Shown piece after piece: positions 9,542 to 17,917 of a stretch of DNA of 56,672 bases. The number at the start of each line of letters is the position of its first letter. Positions within the stretch are counted from its first letter, which is position 1. Source of the stretch: a virus (Duplodnaviria; Caudoviricetes). Under the pieces are notes generated by a model. That model was not told the DNA's origin, searched no databases, and saw only the letters and a list, made by a program, of their open reading frames with translations. The stretch is taken from IMG/VR virus record IMGVR_UViG_3300027747_000649, positions 1 through 56,672 of that record; one strand, written 5' to 3'. The position numbers and the translations under genes are program-made.

Positions 9542-9700
9542 ATGAACCAATACGCCGCCACCATTGAAACCGACGACGACGAACTAAACCGCGAAACAGT
9601 GGAATACGAAGCCTTCAGCGCCAGCGAAGCACAAGCCTACGCAATGGACGACTTGCAAGATAACCAGCGCATTATTGCCATTTGGCAGCGCATTTTATAA
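9542..9700 (+). CDS. Small acidic hypothetical protein
   Basis: AGGAG RBS; MNQYAATIETDDDELNRETVEYEAFSASEAQ... Confidence 0.65.
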   Translation: MNQYAATIETDDDELNRETVEYEAFSASEAQAYAMDDLQDNQRIIAIWQRIL

Positions 9701-9725
9701 ACCAAAACGCACAGGAGCCTAAACC

Positions 9726-10118
9726 ATGAAACCCGAACACTTCGCCGACTTCGCAAATTCAATTCTTAGCGCAGGACTCATGCGCCACAATGCCCACGGA
9801 GAGCCAGCCGCGCCCGCCGCCGTGACTGCAGCGCACGCACTGGCCGCCAAGGTTGACCGACTGGGCCAACTGGCCGCCGACGTTGCCGCAATCGAGCTGG
9901 AGGCAGCCCGCATACGCGCCGAGCTGGAAGCCGCCGGACTGCGTGAAATACTGGGCCAGAATTACCGCGCCACTTTTGCGCCATGCAAGGGCGCGCAACG
10001 AATTGACTGGAAAGCCATTGCAGCCAAGTTCAAGCCGAGCCGCCAGCTAATCGCCGCGCACACAACGACGGGCAAAGAATCCACCCGCATGACCATAACC
10101 GCACACCCCACACACTAA
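9726..10118 (+). CDS. Hypothetical protein
   Basis: 130 aa, AGGAG RBS, coiled coil followed by RIDWKAIA motif. Confidence 0.7.
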   Translation: MKPEHFADFANSILSAGLMRHNAHGEPAAPAAVTAAHALAAKVDRLGQLAADVAAIELEAARIRAELEAAGLREILGQNYRATFAPCKGAQRIDWKAIAAKFKPSRQLIAAHTTTGKESTRMTITAHPTH

Positions 10119-10130
10119 GGAGCCCACGCC

Positions 10131-10433
10131 ATGAACATGACCGACATTCACACAATCGAAACCGACGACGAAGCCACGGCCGAAGACTACTACCAAGCCA
10201 TGCAGCGCGCGATAAATTCCGGCACCGCTTGGAGTTTTCAAGGCAGTTATGGCCGCGCCATGATGGGCGCAATAACCGACGGATTTTGCATGCTGGGCAC
10301 CGCGCCCGCCCGCGACTACTACGGAAACCGCATACCCAGCCGCACCGAAGTGCAAGAAGGCACAAAGGGGAGTTACTCATACGTGAGCCGCGCCAATGGT
10401 GAAGAATGGGCCGACATGATGGCCGAAGCATAA
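10131..10433 (+). CDS. Hypothetical protein
   Basis: 100 aa, AAGGAG RBS, AINSGTAWSFQGSYGRAMM...RDYYGNRIPSR. Confidence 0.75.
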   Translation: MNMTDIHTIETDDEATAEDYYQAMQRAINSGTAWSFQGSYGRAMMGAITDGFCMLGTAPARDYYGNRIPSRTEVQEGTKGSYSYVSRANGEEWADMMAEA

Positions 10434-10445
10434 GGAGATTACCCC

Positions 10446-11132
10446 ATGAAATACCAAGCAGTTAAACAAAGCAGCAACCGCAAGACCGGACCGATCCCGG
10501 TAACCTACAGCCAGCGCGAGACGTGCCCGCCCTCATGCCCGCATTACCTTGACGATTGTTATGCGGAAGGGTTTCACACCCGCATGACTTGGGACAAGAT
10601 ACCCGCCCGAGGGGTAGAACTGGGCGCGCTTTTGCGCTTCATTGAATCAATGCCGGCCGGCCAAATATGGCGCCATAACGTCGCCGGTGACTTGAACGGC
10701 AACGGGGAGGAACTGGACGCGGCCGAACTGGGGCAAATTGTTGCAGCCAACAAAGGCCGAAAGGGTTTCACCTACACGCACAAGAAAAGCCCCGACGCCA
10801 TCAAATGGGCACGCCATGCGACGGAATGGGGCTTCACGATCAATCTGAGCGCCGACGACGCGGGAGAGGCCGACCAACTGGCCGCGCATGGTTTACCAGT
10901 GGTTTGCATTGTGCCAATGGACACACCAAAACACACCACCACGCCCGCCGGCCGATCAATCCTAGTATGCCCCGCCCAAACCGTTGATTACATGACCTGC
11001 GCGCTTTGTGGACTGTGCCAGAAGGCCGACCGCCGGCAGATTATCGGCTTCCGAGCCCACGGCACCAAAGCCCGCGAGACCGACCACAAAGCCCGCCGCG
11101 TGATCCCACTTTATCAGGAGCGCGCACAATGA
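10446..11132 (+). CDS. Cys-rich protein, possibly Fe-S/radical-SAM-like phage family
   Basis: 228 aa; TCPPSCP...CYA, RHNVAGD, FTYTH, INLSAD, CPAQ...CxxCxxC. Confidence 0.55.
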   Translation: MKYQAVKQSSNRKTGPIPVTYSQRETCPPSCPHYLDDCYAEGFHTRMTWDKIPARGVELGALLRFIESMPAGQIWRHNVAGDLNGNGEELDAAELGQIVAANKGRKGFTYTHKKSPDAIKWARHATEWGFTINLSADDAGEADQLAAHGLPVVCIVPMDTPKHTTTPAGRSILVCPAQTVDYMTCALCGLCQKADRRQIIGFRAHGTKARETDHKARRVIPLYQERAQ

Positions 11133-11281
11133 AAGGCTTAGATTATTATTTCGGCTGCATGCTGGCCGATTATCTGGACGCACCCGACGAGCCCGAGGCC
11201 GAGCCGGTGCCATGCGTTTATTGTGGCCACGACTGCGACGAGCACGACGATTGCACAAACCCCGATTGTCCCGAGCGATGA
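11129..11281 (+). CDS. Small putative zinc-binding protein
   Basis: ATGA-coupled start; CVYC...C...C-x3-C pattern. Confidence 0.55.
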   Translation: MKGLDYYFGCMLADYLDAPDEPEAEPVPCVYCGHDCDEHDDCTNPDCPER

Positions 11282-11346
11282 AAGGATCACGTTAAGCCCT
11301 TCCGTGAGGGTTTAGCGGGAAATTGTCCCGAACAGGAGAAAACATT

Positions 11347-11529
11347 ATGAGCACACAACAAAGCCCGAGCGCACAAGCCGCCGTTTTATGGATTCGAGCC
11401 CAATGGCATCGCGCACAGTCCCGCGATTTTTTAAACAACAGCACCGCGAGCATGTATCAGCATGAGCACGCAGCCGAGGCACTGGAGGCGCAAGCCGCCC
11501 AACTGACCCGCGAGGACATGGCCGCATGA
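11347..11529 (+). CDS. Hypothetical protein
   Basis: AGGAG RBS, 60 aa. Confidence 0.6.
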   Translation: MSTQQSPSAQAAVLWIRAQWHRAQSRDFLNNSTASMYQHEHAAEALEAQAAQLTREDMAA

Positions 11530-11708
11530 AATACCCTGAAGCCGCTTACATTAACGCCGGCCACGCATACGAGCGAGCCCGAACACCGCAAGCAACCCAA
11601 GCCCGCGCCCAGACAATCCGCACCATGCTGGAGGCCGAGCGAATAGACGACCGAGCCGAAGCCCGCCAACTGGTGGAGACTGGCCGAGCCGAAGCCCGCC
11701 AACCCTGA
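11526..11708 (+). CDS. Hypothetical protein
   Basis: 60 aa, ATGA overlap, GAGGA RBS. Confidence 0.65.
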   Translation: MKYPEAAYINAGHAYERARTPQATQARAQTIRTMLEAERIDDRAEARQLVETGRAEARQP

Positions 11709-11757
11709 CCGCCGGACCGCCCGCCAACCGGTGGGCACCCGCCCGCACCAGCTTTTC

Positions 11758-11943
11758 AGGCTGCGAGGTTGATCCATATTTTTAGGCTGAGAGGTTGATC
11801 CATGAAAACTTTTCCCGAATCCGAAAACCCGTTGACGTTGGCATTGATTCAGTCCACGCGGGTACAAACACACACCGACATGGTTCAGGCTGTGAGGCTG
11901 ATCCGTGCTTTGGAATCTAAATTAACAGGCTGCGAGGTTGATC
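11758..11943 (+). repeat. Four 17-bp direct repeats AGGCTGNGAGGYTGATC (iteron/parS-like)
   Basis: Copies start at 11758, 11784, 11887 and 11927; a fifth near-copy is at 15198-15214. Confidence 0.85.
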
Positions 11944-11990
11944 GGTGCCGATTGGCCGCAGAAGTATTGATCGAAAGACGACTGACATGA
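11802..11990 (+). CDS. Hypothetical protein overlapping the repeat cluster
   Basis: 62 aa; GAGG of repeat 2 could act as RBS. Confidence 0.5.
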   Translation: MKTFPESENPLTLALIQSTRVQTHTDMVQAVRLIRALESKLTGCEVDRCRLAAEVLIERRLT

Positions 11991-12070
11991 TGACACGATG
12001 GGAAAAATTTGAACGGGCTGTGTTCCTGCTTTGCTTAATTGTTGTGGCTTGTAGCCTGTACTGGCCGTGA
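11987..12070 (+). CDS. Tiny membrane peptide (27 aa)
   Basis: ATGA-coupled; MMTRWEKFERAVFLLCLIVVACSLYWP. Confidence 0.4.
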   Translation: MMTRWEKFERAVFLLCLIVVACSLYWP

Positions 12071-12886
12071 GGGTAATCCTTTGGCGAGGGCTTGACTTGA
12101 TCTAAACAAGCCGGCCCCGTCAGCAAAATCGTTGAAGTCGTGACCAATTACGGGAGGCATGAAATATGGCCATCCTATTTTTTTAGCTGTGTTCAATCCG
12201 GTTTGGCTGAAATCATTGTCCGCGACAATGAATCCCTCTTTCAGAGATGCCGCGATCTTTTCCATGTTGCCTGCGGAGAAGCATACGTGCAACGTATACC
12301 GTTTCTTCAATGCCTTCATGGCCGCTCGGATAGACAGGCCAGTCGCGTACCCTTCACAGAGAATGTGCGGGCCTTTGTTGTCCCAGACAAACTCAGCATT
12401 ACTGGTGCGCTGGCCGAACAAAAACTTTTTCTTTCCCTCGGGCTCGATGATCTGCACGCCCACCAGATTAGGTCCTACACGCATCGGGATCAGCAGCAGC
12501 AGCACTCCGTCTTTGACGTACACGTTGCCCTGTTCGTCGGGAAATCCCTTTGCTGAAAGGTAGGGGTGATGGGCGATCTGGCTTTCTTTCAGCATCCATG
12601 CAGCAGTCTTGGCCGCTTCAGCCTGCTTGCGTTTGATGTCGTCGTCTGCCTGTTTTGCTATGCGCTTTATTTTCTCGAAGTCCACCGCCGAATCAGCGTC
12701 AGCCTTCCAGACTGCAATCTCTGTCATCGTCGCGTGGTTTTGCAAAAAAGCATAGTCACCCATAAATTTGACCGACCCATTCTTGTGGGCTGGCTTGTCT
12801 TCTGTCGCGTATCGTTTCCACTGGCCGACGGGTGGCATATGGTTTATGGCTATGCCGTGCAGCCTTGCAAATGAGATGAAGTCCAT
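12035..12886 (-). CDS. TOPRIM-domain primase-like protein
   Basis: HPYLSAKGF, LLIPM...VQIIEPEGKKKF, ILCEGYATGLSI, FSAGNM, VADND. Confidence 0.85.
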   Translation of the reverse strand: MDFISFARLHGIAINHMPPVGQWKRYATEDKPAHKNGSVKFMGDYAFLQNHATMTEIAVWKADADSAVDFEKIKRIAKQADDDIKRKQAEAAKTAAWMLKESQIAHHPYLSAKGFPDEQGNVYVKDGVLLLLIPMRVGPNLVGVQIIEPEGKKKFLFGQRTSNAEFVWDNKGPHILCEGYATGLSIRAAMKALKKRYTLHVCFSAGNMEKIAASLKEGFIVADNDFSQTGLNTAKKIGWPYFMPPVIGHDFNDFADGAGLFRSSQALAKGLPSRPVQATSHNN

Positions 12887-12888
12887 GA

Positions 12889-14355
12889 TTATTTTTTCGA
12901 TTTGAGATAACGAATCAGCGCCGCTTTGACCGCCTTGTCAAATTCTTTCGAGGGCGTGACAGCCTTTTCATCAAGTCCTCTTGGCCAGACTCCAAACTTT
13001 TCTTTGTAGGTGTGGGCTGCTCGTCCTGCACTCCATCCTTTGTACTTGACCATGTACTGGCACATTCCCCACCAGTCTTGCTTGATGTCCCGACTTGCGC
13101 TGGGCGCCAGCTCCTCCATTTCTCCAGAGATTTCAACCACTTGATTCTTGCGCTCTCGGACGTGGCCGCAGTGCAAACAAGTGTCGGATTTACTTGGCCA
13201 AAACGCGCCGCACATCGGGCACTTGGCCGCCTCCTTTTCTTTGTCGGTCTTTTCTTTCTTGGGCTTCTCTCGCGTGTCGTCCAGCTCACTGACGCCGTTG
13301 TTGTAGACCTCTTCCCAATCCTCTTGAAACCGCAGATAGTTGCCCGAATGACACAGCCAAACGCCATACTCTTTGTCGGGATGGCTGCGCATGACTCGGC
13401 CCATCTGCTGGATGTGAGACGACAGTGACTTGCTGAAAGGTCTGGCCGACACACCGATCTTCACGTCAGGAACATCAAAACCTTTGGTCAAAATATCAGT
13501 AGCAATCAGGCCATGAATCTCTGTGTCCGGCCGAGCGAAGTCCTCAATCACATCCTGCTTGAATGTGCCATCGTCTTTGTAGCTGATGGATACAAAGTTG
13601 TACCCCTCTTCACCGAACTTCTTTGCGAGGTCCGCACCGTGCGCCACACCTGAGCAAAAGACAATCGTCTTGACGGGCTTGCCGTATATCTCATGAGTCT
13701 TCTTGATCCACTCGGACACAATGTCGCCAGTGATCTGCATGCCGCGCTTCTCGGTTTCTTTGGACGACCATTCACCCGCGACTTTCTTTGCCCCGTCCAT
13801 GTTTATTTCTTTGGCAATGAACACGCGAAGTGGTGCCAATACTTTTTGATCGACCAGCTCTTTGGTGGTGACTGTGCTGACCACGTTCTTGTAAGTATCT
13901 CCAAGCCCTTTGGTAAAAGGTGTAGCCGATAAGCCGATCACTTTTATCTCGGGGTTGTTCTTGATGAACTCGATGGTCTGCGCCCGTTTGGCATGGCACT
14001 CGTCCACGATCATCAGGGAGAGGCCGGGAAAACTACCTCGCTTTTCGATGGTCTGCGCTGAACACACTTGGATGTACTCGTGAGGCCGATACCGCCAGTG
14101 GCCGGCCATCAGGACGCCGTGCTCGATCTTGTATTTCTCAAGGCGCTGGCTGGTTTGGTCGGTGAGAATAATCCGGTCAAGGATCATTGCAGACCTGTTG
14201 CCCTTCTTCATTGTGGCTTCAAGCAGAGCGATGGCCATCTCTGTTTTACCACCACCGGTGGGGCTGTAAAGTATTTGCGCGGTGTGCCCATCGGCAAAGC
14301 CTTTGCGCAGAGCATCAAGAGTTTTCTCCTGATACTCACGAAGTTTCAGTGACAT
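12889..14355 (-). CDS. Superfamily 2 DNA helicase with C-terminal zinc ribbon
   Basis: LREYQ, SPTGGGKT, IVDECH, GLSATP, TKGFDVPD, QQMGRVMR, CPMC...CLHC. Start at 14355 is supported by an AGGAG RBS. Confidence 0.92.
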   Translation of the reverse strand: MSLKLREYQEKTLDALRKGFADGHTAQILYSPTGGGKTEMAIALLEATMKKGNRSAMILDRIILTDQTSQRLEKYKIEHGVLMAGHWRYRPHEYIQVCSAQTIEKRGSFPGLSLMIVDECHAKRAQTIEFIKNNPEIKVIGLSATPFTKGLGDTYKNVVSTVTTKELVDQKVLAPLRVFIAKEINMDGAKKVAGEWSSKETEKRGMQITGDIVSEWIKKTHEIYGKPVKTIVFCSGVAHGADLAKKFGEEGYNFVSISYKDDGTFKQDVIEDFARPDTEIHGLIATDILTKGFDVPDVKIGVSARPFSKSLSSHIQQMGRVMRSHPDKEYGVWLCHSGNYLRFQEDWEEVYNNGVSELDDTREKPKKEKTDKEKEAAKCPMCGAFWPSKSDTCLHCGHVRERKNQVVEISGEMEELAPSASRDIKQDWWGMCQYMVKYKGWSAGRAAHTYKEKFGVWPRGLDEKAVTPSKEFDKAVKAALIRYLKSKK

Positions 14356-14366
14356 AAGTTTCTCCT

Positions 14367-14395
14367 GCCGGTACACATGCCCACCGGCTTGGGCA
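14367..14395 (-). promoter_or_regulatory. Predicted H-type RNA pseudoknot abutting the helicase RBS
   Basis: UGCCCA-A-GCCGGU-GGGCA-UGUGU-ACCGGC-AGGAG; stems UGCCC/GGGCA and GCCGGU/ACCGGC. Confidence 0.55.
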
Positions 14396-14400
14396 ATGGA

Positions 14401-15222
14401 TTATTGCTCGTATTTCTTGAGTTGACGTTGCTGTGCGGCCACTTGCTTTTTGAGCTGAGCGCACTCGTCTTGGAAGCGATCACGACTGCCTTTGAGCGAG
14501 ACAATTTCTATCTCGGCAACACGCAATTGTTCACGCAGATCAGCGATCATTTCGCTGGCCGCTTGCTTTTCTTCGGCCGTTCCTTCCATACCAGAAACCG
14601 CGAGTTGTGTCGTTAACTCTGCATTTTCTTGAGTCAATCGTTCGATCAAATCTTGCTGCGCATCGTACTGAGGGGGCTCTGGTTCGGGCTCCTTCGGTGC
14701 CCCTACCTTAGCCTTGGCTGGGCGGCCAACGGGCTTGCTCATGGTTTTTGTTTCGCCGCTTGGCGTCTGGTATTCCACCTTGTCGGGCATCTTGCCGCTT
14801 GAGTTGCGCAGGTTGGACACGAATGTAATTGATACATCGCAGTGACGCGCAATTTCTGTGTTGCTTTTCTGGCTCCACTCAAAGTCATCTAAATGCGTCA
14901 TTACCGCTTTGCGCTTGTCGGCTTGGGTGCGTCGCAGGCCGTGGTTGCTGTTGACGCTAGTCGCAAACAACTTGGCGTCGCGGAATGTGCCATTGACTAC
15001 GTTGCACTTGATGCTGACCTTGCCGGCTCGCTTGTGAGCATGGTAGCGATGATAACCATCGGCCAGATAAAAGTGAACGCCATCAAAGAAGACCGACACC
15101 GGATCGAAGTCTGCGCCCTGCTCAATCTTGTATGCGTAATCCGTAACCGTTTCTTCGTCGATTGCGACACGCATTTGCAGGTCTGCATGCAGCACCAAGG
15201 CTGCGAGGTTCATCGGCTTCAT
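14401..15222 (-). CDS. ParB/Sulfiredoxin-like protein with HTH and C-terminal coiled coil
   Basis: FDPVSVF...YLADGYHRYHA, NSNHGLRRT, SNTEIARHCDVS HTH. Start re-placed at MKPMN. Confidence 0.8.
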   Translation of the reverse strand: MKPMNLAALVLHADLQMRVAIDEETVTDYAYKIEQGADFDPVSVFFDGVHFYLADGYHRYHAHKRAGKVSIKCNVVNGTFRDAKLFATSVNSNHGLRRTQADKRKAVMTHLDDFEWSQKSNTEIARHCDVSITFVSNLRNSSGKMPDKVEYQTPSGETKTMSKPVGRPAKAKVGAPKEPEPEPPQYDAQQDLIERLTQENAELTTQLAVSGMEGTAEEKQAASEMIADLREQLRVAEIEIVSLKGSRDRFQDECAQLKKQVAAQQRQLKKYEQ

Positions 15223-15371
15223 GTGTTTCCTTTTGTCATTGTCCAGCCCAGATAGAACCAGCGCCAGTAAGTTTGAATGTTGTCGTTTGTGTATCGAGTA
15301 CCGCTCCACGAGGGGGCGTCCCTGCCTTTGGCTTCGATCAAAGCCTCAAATTTTTGTCTTGCTTCTTCCAA
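15219..15371 (-). CDS. Small hypothetical protein (50 aa, not in ORF track)
   Basis: GGAGG RBS, TTG start: MEEARQKFEALIEAKGRDAPSWSGTRYTNDNIQTYWRWFYLGWTMTKGNT; ATGA-coupled to the ParB-like gene. Confidence 0.6.
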   Translation of the reverse strand: MEEARQKFEALIEAKGRDAPSWSGTRYTNDNIQTYWRWFYLGWTMTKGNT

Positions 15372-15401
15372 TTAAACCTCCAAAAAAAAGTAAAAAATAT
15401 C

Positions 15402-15443
15402 TTGCGATGCTTAGCATTCTACAGTAAACTACACCCATGTCAA
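15402..15443. promoter_or_regulatory. Overlapping divergent sigma70 promoters
   Basis: + strand TTGCGA-17-TAAACT (15402-15430); - strand TTGACA-16-TAGAAT (15443-15416); between divergent operons. Confidence 0.6.
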
Positions 15444-15494
15444 CAGGTATATTTTATATCTTGCTGACAGGTAGGAGAAAGTAAACAACAACTT

Positions 15495-15519
15495 GCTGCC
15501 CTTATTTGTTTAAGGGCAG
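15495..15519. repeat. Palindrome GCTGCCCTTA-TTTGTT-TAAGGGCAG (copy 2 of 3)
   Basis: Core CCCTTA-TTTRTT-TAAGGG also at 7817-7834 and 24658-24675. Confidence 0.85.
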
Positions 15520-15581
15520 GTCACTAAAAGGAAATCACATGAAATCAACAGTAAGAACTTTTGTTTTAAAAGGATATTGAC

Positions 15582-15785
15582 ATGGATGCTGCACTGGACT
15601 TGATGAAAGAACTGGTAATTACCGCCGCAATCATCTTCGGCATTATGTGCCTTTTGGCCTTGTGCTTTTGGATGTACCCGAGCATGACGGAGGTCAAAAA
15701 GATGGACTGCTCCCTTGTGGAGTTTAGCCCTGACGTGGCACTGGAAGTTAAACAAGCATGCCGAGAGGCAAGGAGTAAAAAATGA
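15582..15785 (+). CDS. Membrane-anchored hypothetical protein
   Basis: One TM helix, then DCSLVEFSPDV...KQACR. Confidence 0.65.
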   Translation: MDAALDLMKELVITAAIIFGIMCLLALCFWMYPSMTEVKKMDCSLVEFSPDVALEVKQACREARSKK

Positions 15786-16150
15786 AAAAACTGATTACAA
15801 CACTGGCTATTGCAACCCTTGCAGGGTGCTCATCTGATGCGGACGTTGCGTCGCAAAATATGTCTAAAGCCGCAGATAACTTTGAGGTGGCGCGGCGCGT
15901 TATTTTTTATAACGGCATCACAAATGAATATATGTTGACCATTGAGGGGTACTGCTCAATTTTTCCAGAATCAAAAAAGCTGTCGGTGGTTTGCAAGACT
16001 GGCCCCGGCGCTTACAAAAAGCATTACCTTGGTCTATCAGACAACGTGACGTTTTTTGTTGAACAACTTGATGCAAAAAATGTAGGCACAAGTTTTTATC
16101 GCGTGGTGTTTAAACCATCAACAATTATTCCTGATGTGGTGATGAAATGA
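15782..16150 (+). CDS. Phage lipoprotein
   Basis: Lipobox LAGC after a signal peptide. Confidence 0.8.
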   Translation: MKKLITTLAIATLAGCSSDADVASQNMSKAADNFEVARRVIFYNGITNEYMLTIEGYCSIFPESKKLSVVCKTGPGAYKKHYLGLSDNVTFFVEQLDAKNVGTSFYRVVFKPSTIIPDVVMK

Positions 16151-16374
16151 AAGTAAAAGACCTGATCGAAGCGTTACAGACCTACGACCAAGACCTGATG
16201 GTCATCCGCAGTGGATACGAAGGTGGCGTGGAAGAAGTAAGCAGCGTAGAACTTGAAGTCGTTGCGTTAAACGTTAATGAAGCGTGGTATTACGGAAGCC
16301 ATGAAACGATTGACGATCTTGAGAGCAATGAATATCCGGGCCATGAGCGCATCAAAGCTGTTTACATAAGTTGA
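16147..16374 (+). CDS. Hypothetical protein
   Basis: 75 aa, MKVKDLIEALQTYDQDL; ATGA-coupled. Confidence 0.75.
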   Translation: MKVKDLIEALQTYDQDLMVIRSGYEGGVEEVSSVELEVVALNVNEAWYYGSHETIDDLESNEYPGHERIKAVYIS

Positions 16375-16383
16375 GGAGTTGAC

Positions 16384-16605
16384 ATGAAAACAATCATCCA
16401 TGTAAACCAACACGTTATCAAAGCCAACGCCAAGAATGGCGCAAATGACCCTGCGCTGACGGTGAAGACGTACAAGACCACAACCTATGCACACGCAGTG
16501 ACGATCAACGGGCCGAGCCAAGTTATCTATTCAGAAAAGCCCCTATCCTGCGGTGCGCGGGTATGGATTGAGACTCAAGCAGAAGTATTCATTGACAAGG
16601 AGTAA
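16384..16605 (+). CDS. Hypothetical protein
   Basis: 73 aa, IHVNQHVIKAN...KPLSCGARVWIET; GAGGAG RBS. Confidence 0.8.
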   Translation: MKTIIHVNQHVIKANAKNGANDPALTVKTYKTTTYAHAVTINGPSQVIYSEKPLSCGARVWIETQAEVFIDKE

Positions 16606-16608
16606 GAC

Positions 16609-16845
16609 ATGAAGCCGTGCGCCATGTGCCCATGCAAACCGACAACCCCAGAGTTCCATAGAAATTTGGTAAGGAATATGTACGGCCAAATCGTAATGTC
16701 TGGCGGGTTCCCCTGCCATGACAAGCACCCTACAGCGCACGTCCTACATCCAGACGCTATTGGCAAAGATGGGGCGTTTCATACGCCGGACTGTGCGGGA
16801 TACAAATTGTGGGGCTTGACCCCGGATTTTAAGGAACAAAGATGA
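16609..16845 (+). CDS. Small Cys/His metal-binding protein
   Basis: PCAMCP...FPCH...CAG; AAGGAG RBS. Confidence 0.65.
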   Translation: MKPCAMCPCKPTTPEFHRNLVRNMYGQIVMSGGFPCHDKHPTAHVLHPDAIGKDGAFHTPDCAGYKLWGLTPDFKEQR

Positions 16846-16937
16846 AACGACAAACACGACTGGAAGTTTACGTCACGGTGCTATGCGCTGTGTGTGCGTC
16901 ATTGATTATTTGGAGGTTTTATGACTGGATGGCGTAA
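16842..16937 (+). CDS. Tiny membrane peptide (31 aa)
   Basis: ATGA-coupled; MKRQTRLEVYVTVLCAVCASLIIWRFYDWMA. Confidence 0.4.
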   Translation: MKRQTRLEVYVTVLCAVCASLIIWRFYDWMA

Positions 16938-17169
16938 GAGGACGATCATGGAAATGGCGCGGGAGGCTGGGGCGGTATTCCCTGCTGACGGTAGCTACCA
17001 CCAGTTTGAAAGACACGAAGACCTTGAAGCCTTTGCCGCGCTGGTGCGTGAAGATGAGCGTGAGGCGTGTGCAAAGGTTTGTGAAAGCATTAACAGCATT
17101 GAAGATTATTACGAAGAACGTACAGAGTTAGTTTGCGCTAAAGCCATCAAAGCAAGGGGACAAGCATGA
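16921..17169 (+). CDS. Hypothetical protein (EREACAKVC...AIKARG type)
   Basis: 82 aa, GGAGG RBS. Confidence 0.75.
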   Translation: MTGWRKRTIMEMAREAGAVFPADGSYHQFERHEDLEAFAALVREDEREACAKVCESINSIEDYYEERTELVCAKAIKARGQA

Positions 17170-17645
17170 CTGAAAAAGAAATCAACAAAGCATTTGATGA
17201 GGAATACATCAAGTACCGTGACGCATTTCCAAAAGACTACGACATACCAGCCTTGGCACAGCCAGCACCTGTGCAGTACCCATTGCCTGACGATATGTAC
17301 GACAGCAAAGACTGGCGGGATGCCGACTATGCGGGCAGAGTCGAATGGCTGCACACGATGTACGAATCGAGCAAGAGAACGCTTGATGCGTACACCACCC
17401 CACCCGCACAGCCAGCACCTGTGCAGGAGCCTGTGGCGATTGCCTTAAACACCGGAACAAAACAAGGTGTGAAGTGGCTGAAAAATGTTGAGCATCGTGT
17501 AAACCTTTACACCACCCCACCCGCAGCACAGCGTGAGTTTGTAGGGCTGACTGATGAGGAAGCACAATGGCTTTACGACAACTGCCGAACGCCATCTAAT
17601 TTGATTGATATGACTGAAGCCAAACTTAAGGAGAAGAACACATGA
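17166..17645 (+). CDS. Mosaic hypothetical protein (QEPVA / LYTTPP / GLTDEE / EAKLKEKNT modules)
   Basis: 159 aa with internal DNA repeats. Confidence 0.75.
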   Translation: MTEKEINKAFDEEYIKYRDAFPKDYDIPALAQPAPVQYPLPDDMYDSKDWRDADYAGRVEWLHTMYESSKRTLDAYTTPPAQPAPVQEPVAIALNTGTKQGVKWLKNVEHRVNLYTTPPAAQREFVGLTDEEAQWLYDNCRTPSNLIDMTEAKLKEKNT

Positions 17646-17917
17646 TGATTAAACGCGATATGGCTTTGGATAATTTAATCAAGGTCTGCCAAGAAACACT
17701 GCAAATCATTGGCGATATGGTTGAGGCCGACAGCGTGGCTTACTCCCGTGGCTACGAAGATGGCATGGCCGCTGAAGCGCAAGTGCAAAAAACTTTGAAG
17801 CCGTGGGTAGGGCTAACGGATGAGGAACAACAACAGGCGTACGAGCAATGGCAGAACGAAGGCTGGGGTGTTTTTTACCGAGCTATCGAAGCCAAACTCA
17901 AGGAGAAGAATACATGA
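17642..17917 (+). CDS. Hypothetical protein (WVGLTDEE / EAKLKEKNT modules)
   Basis: 91 aa; shares C-terminal modules with the previous gene. Confidence 0.75.
   Translation: MMIKRDMALDNLIKVCQETLQIIGDMVEADSVAYSRGYEDGMAAEAQVQKTLKPWVGLTDEEQQQAYEQWQNEGWGVFYRAIEAKLKEKNT

Noticed and set aside
11291-11331. Twin hairpins before the 11347 RBS as a distinct ncRNA
   Set aside because: Short and single-copy; cannot be distinguished from an ordinary terminator or processing stem.
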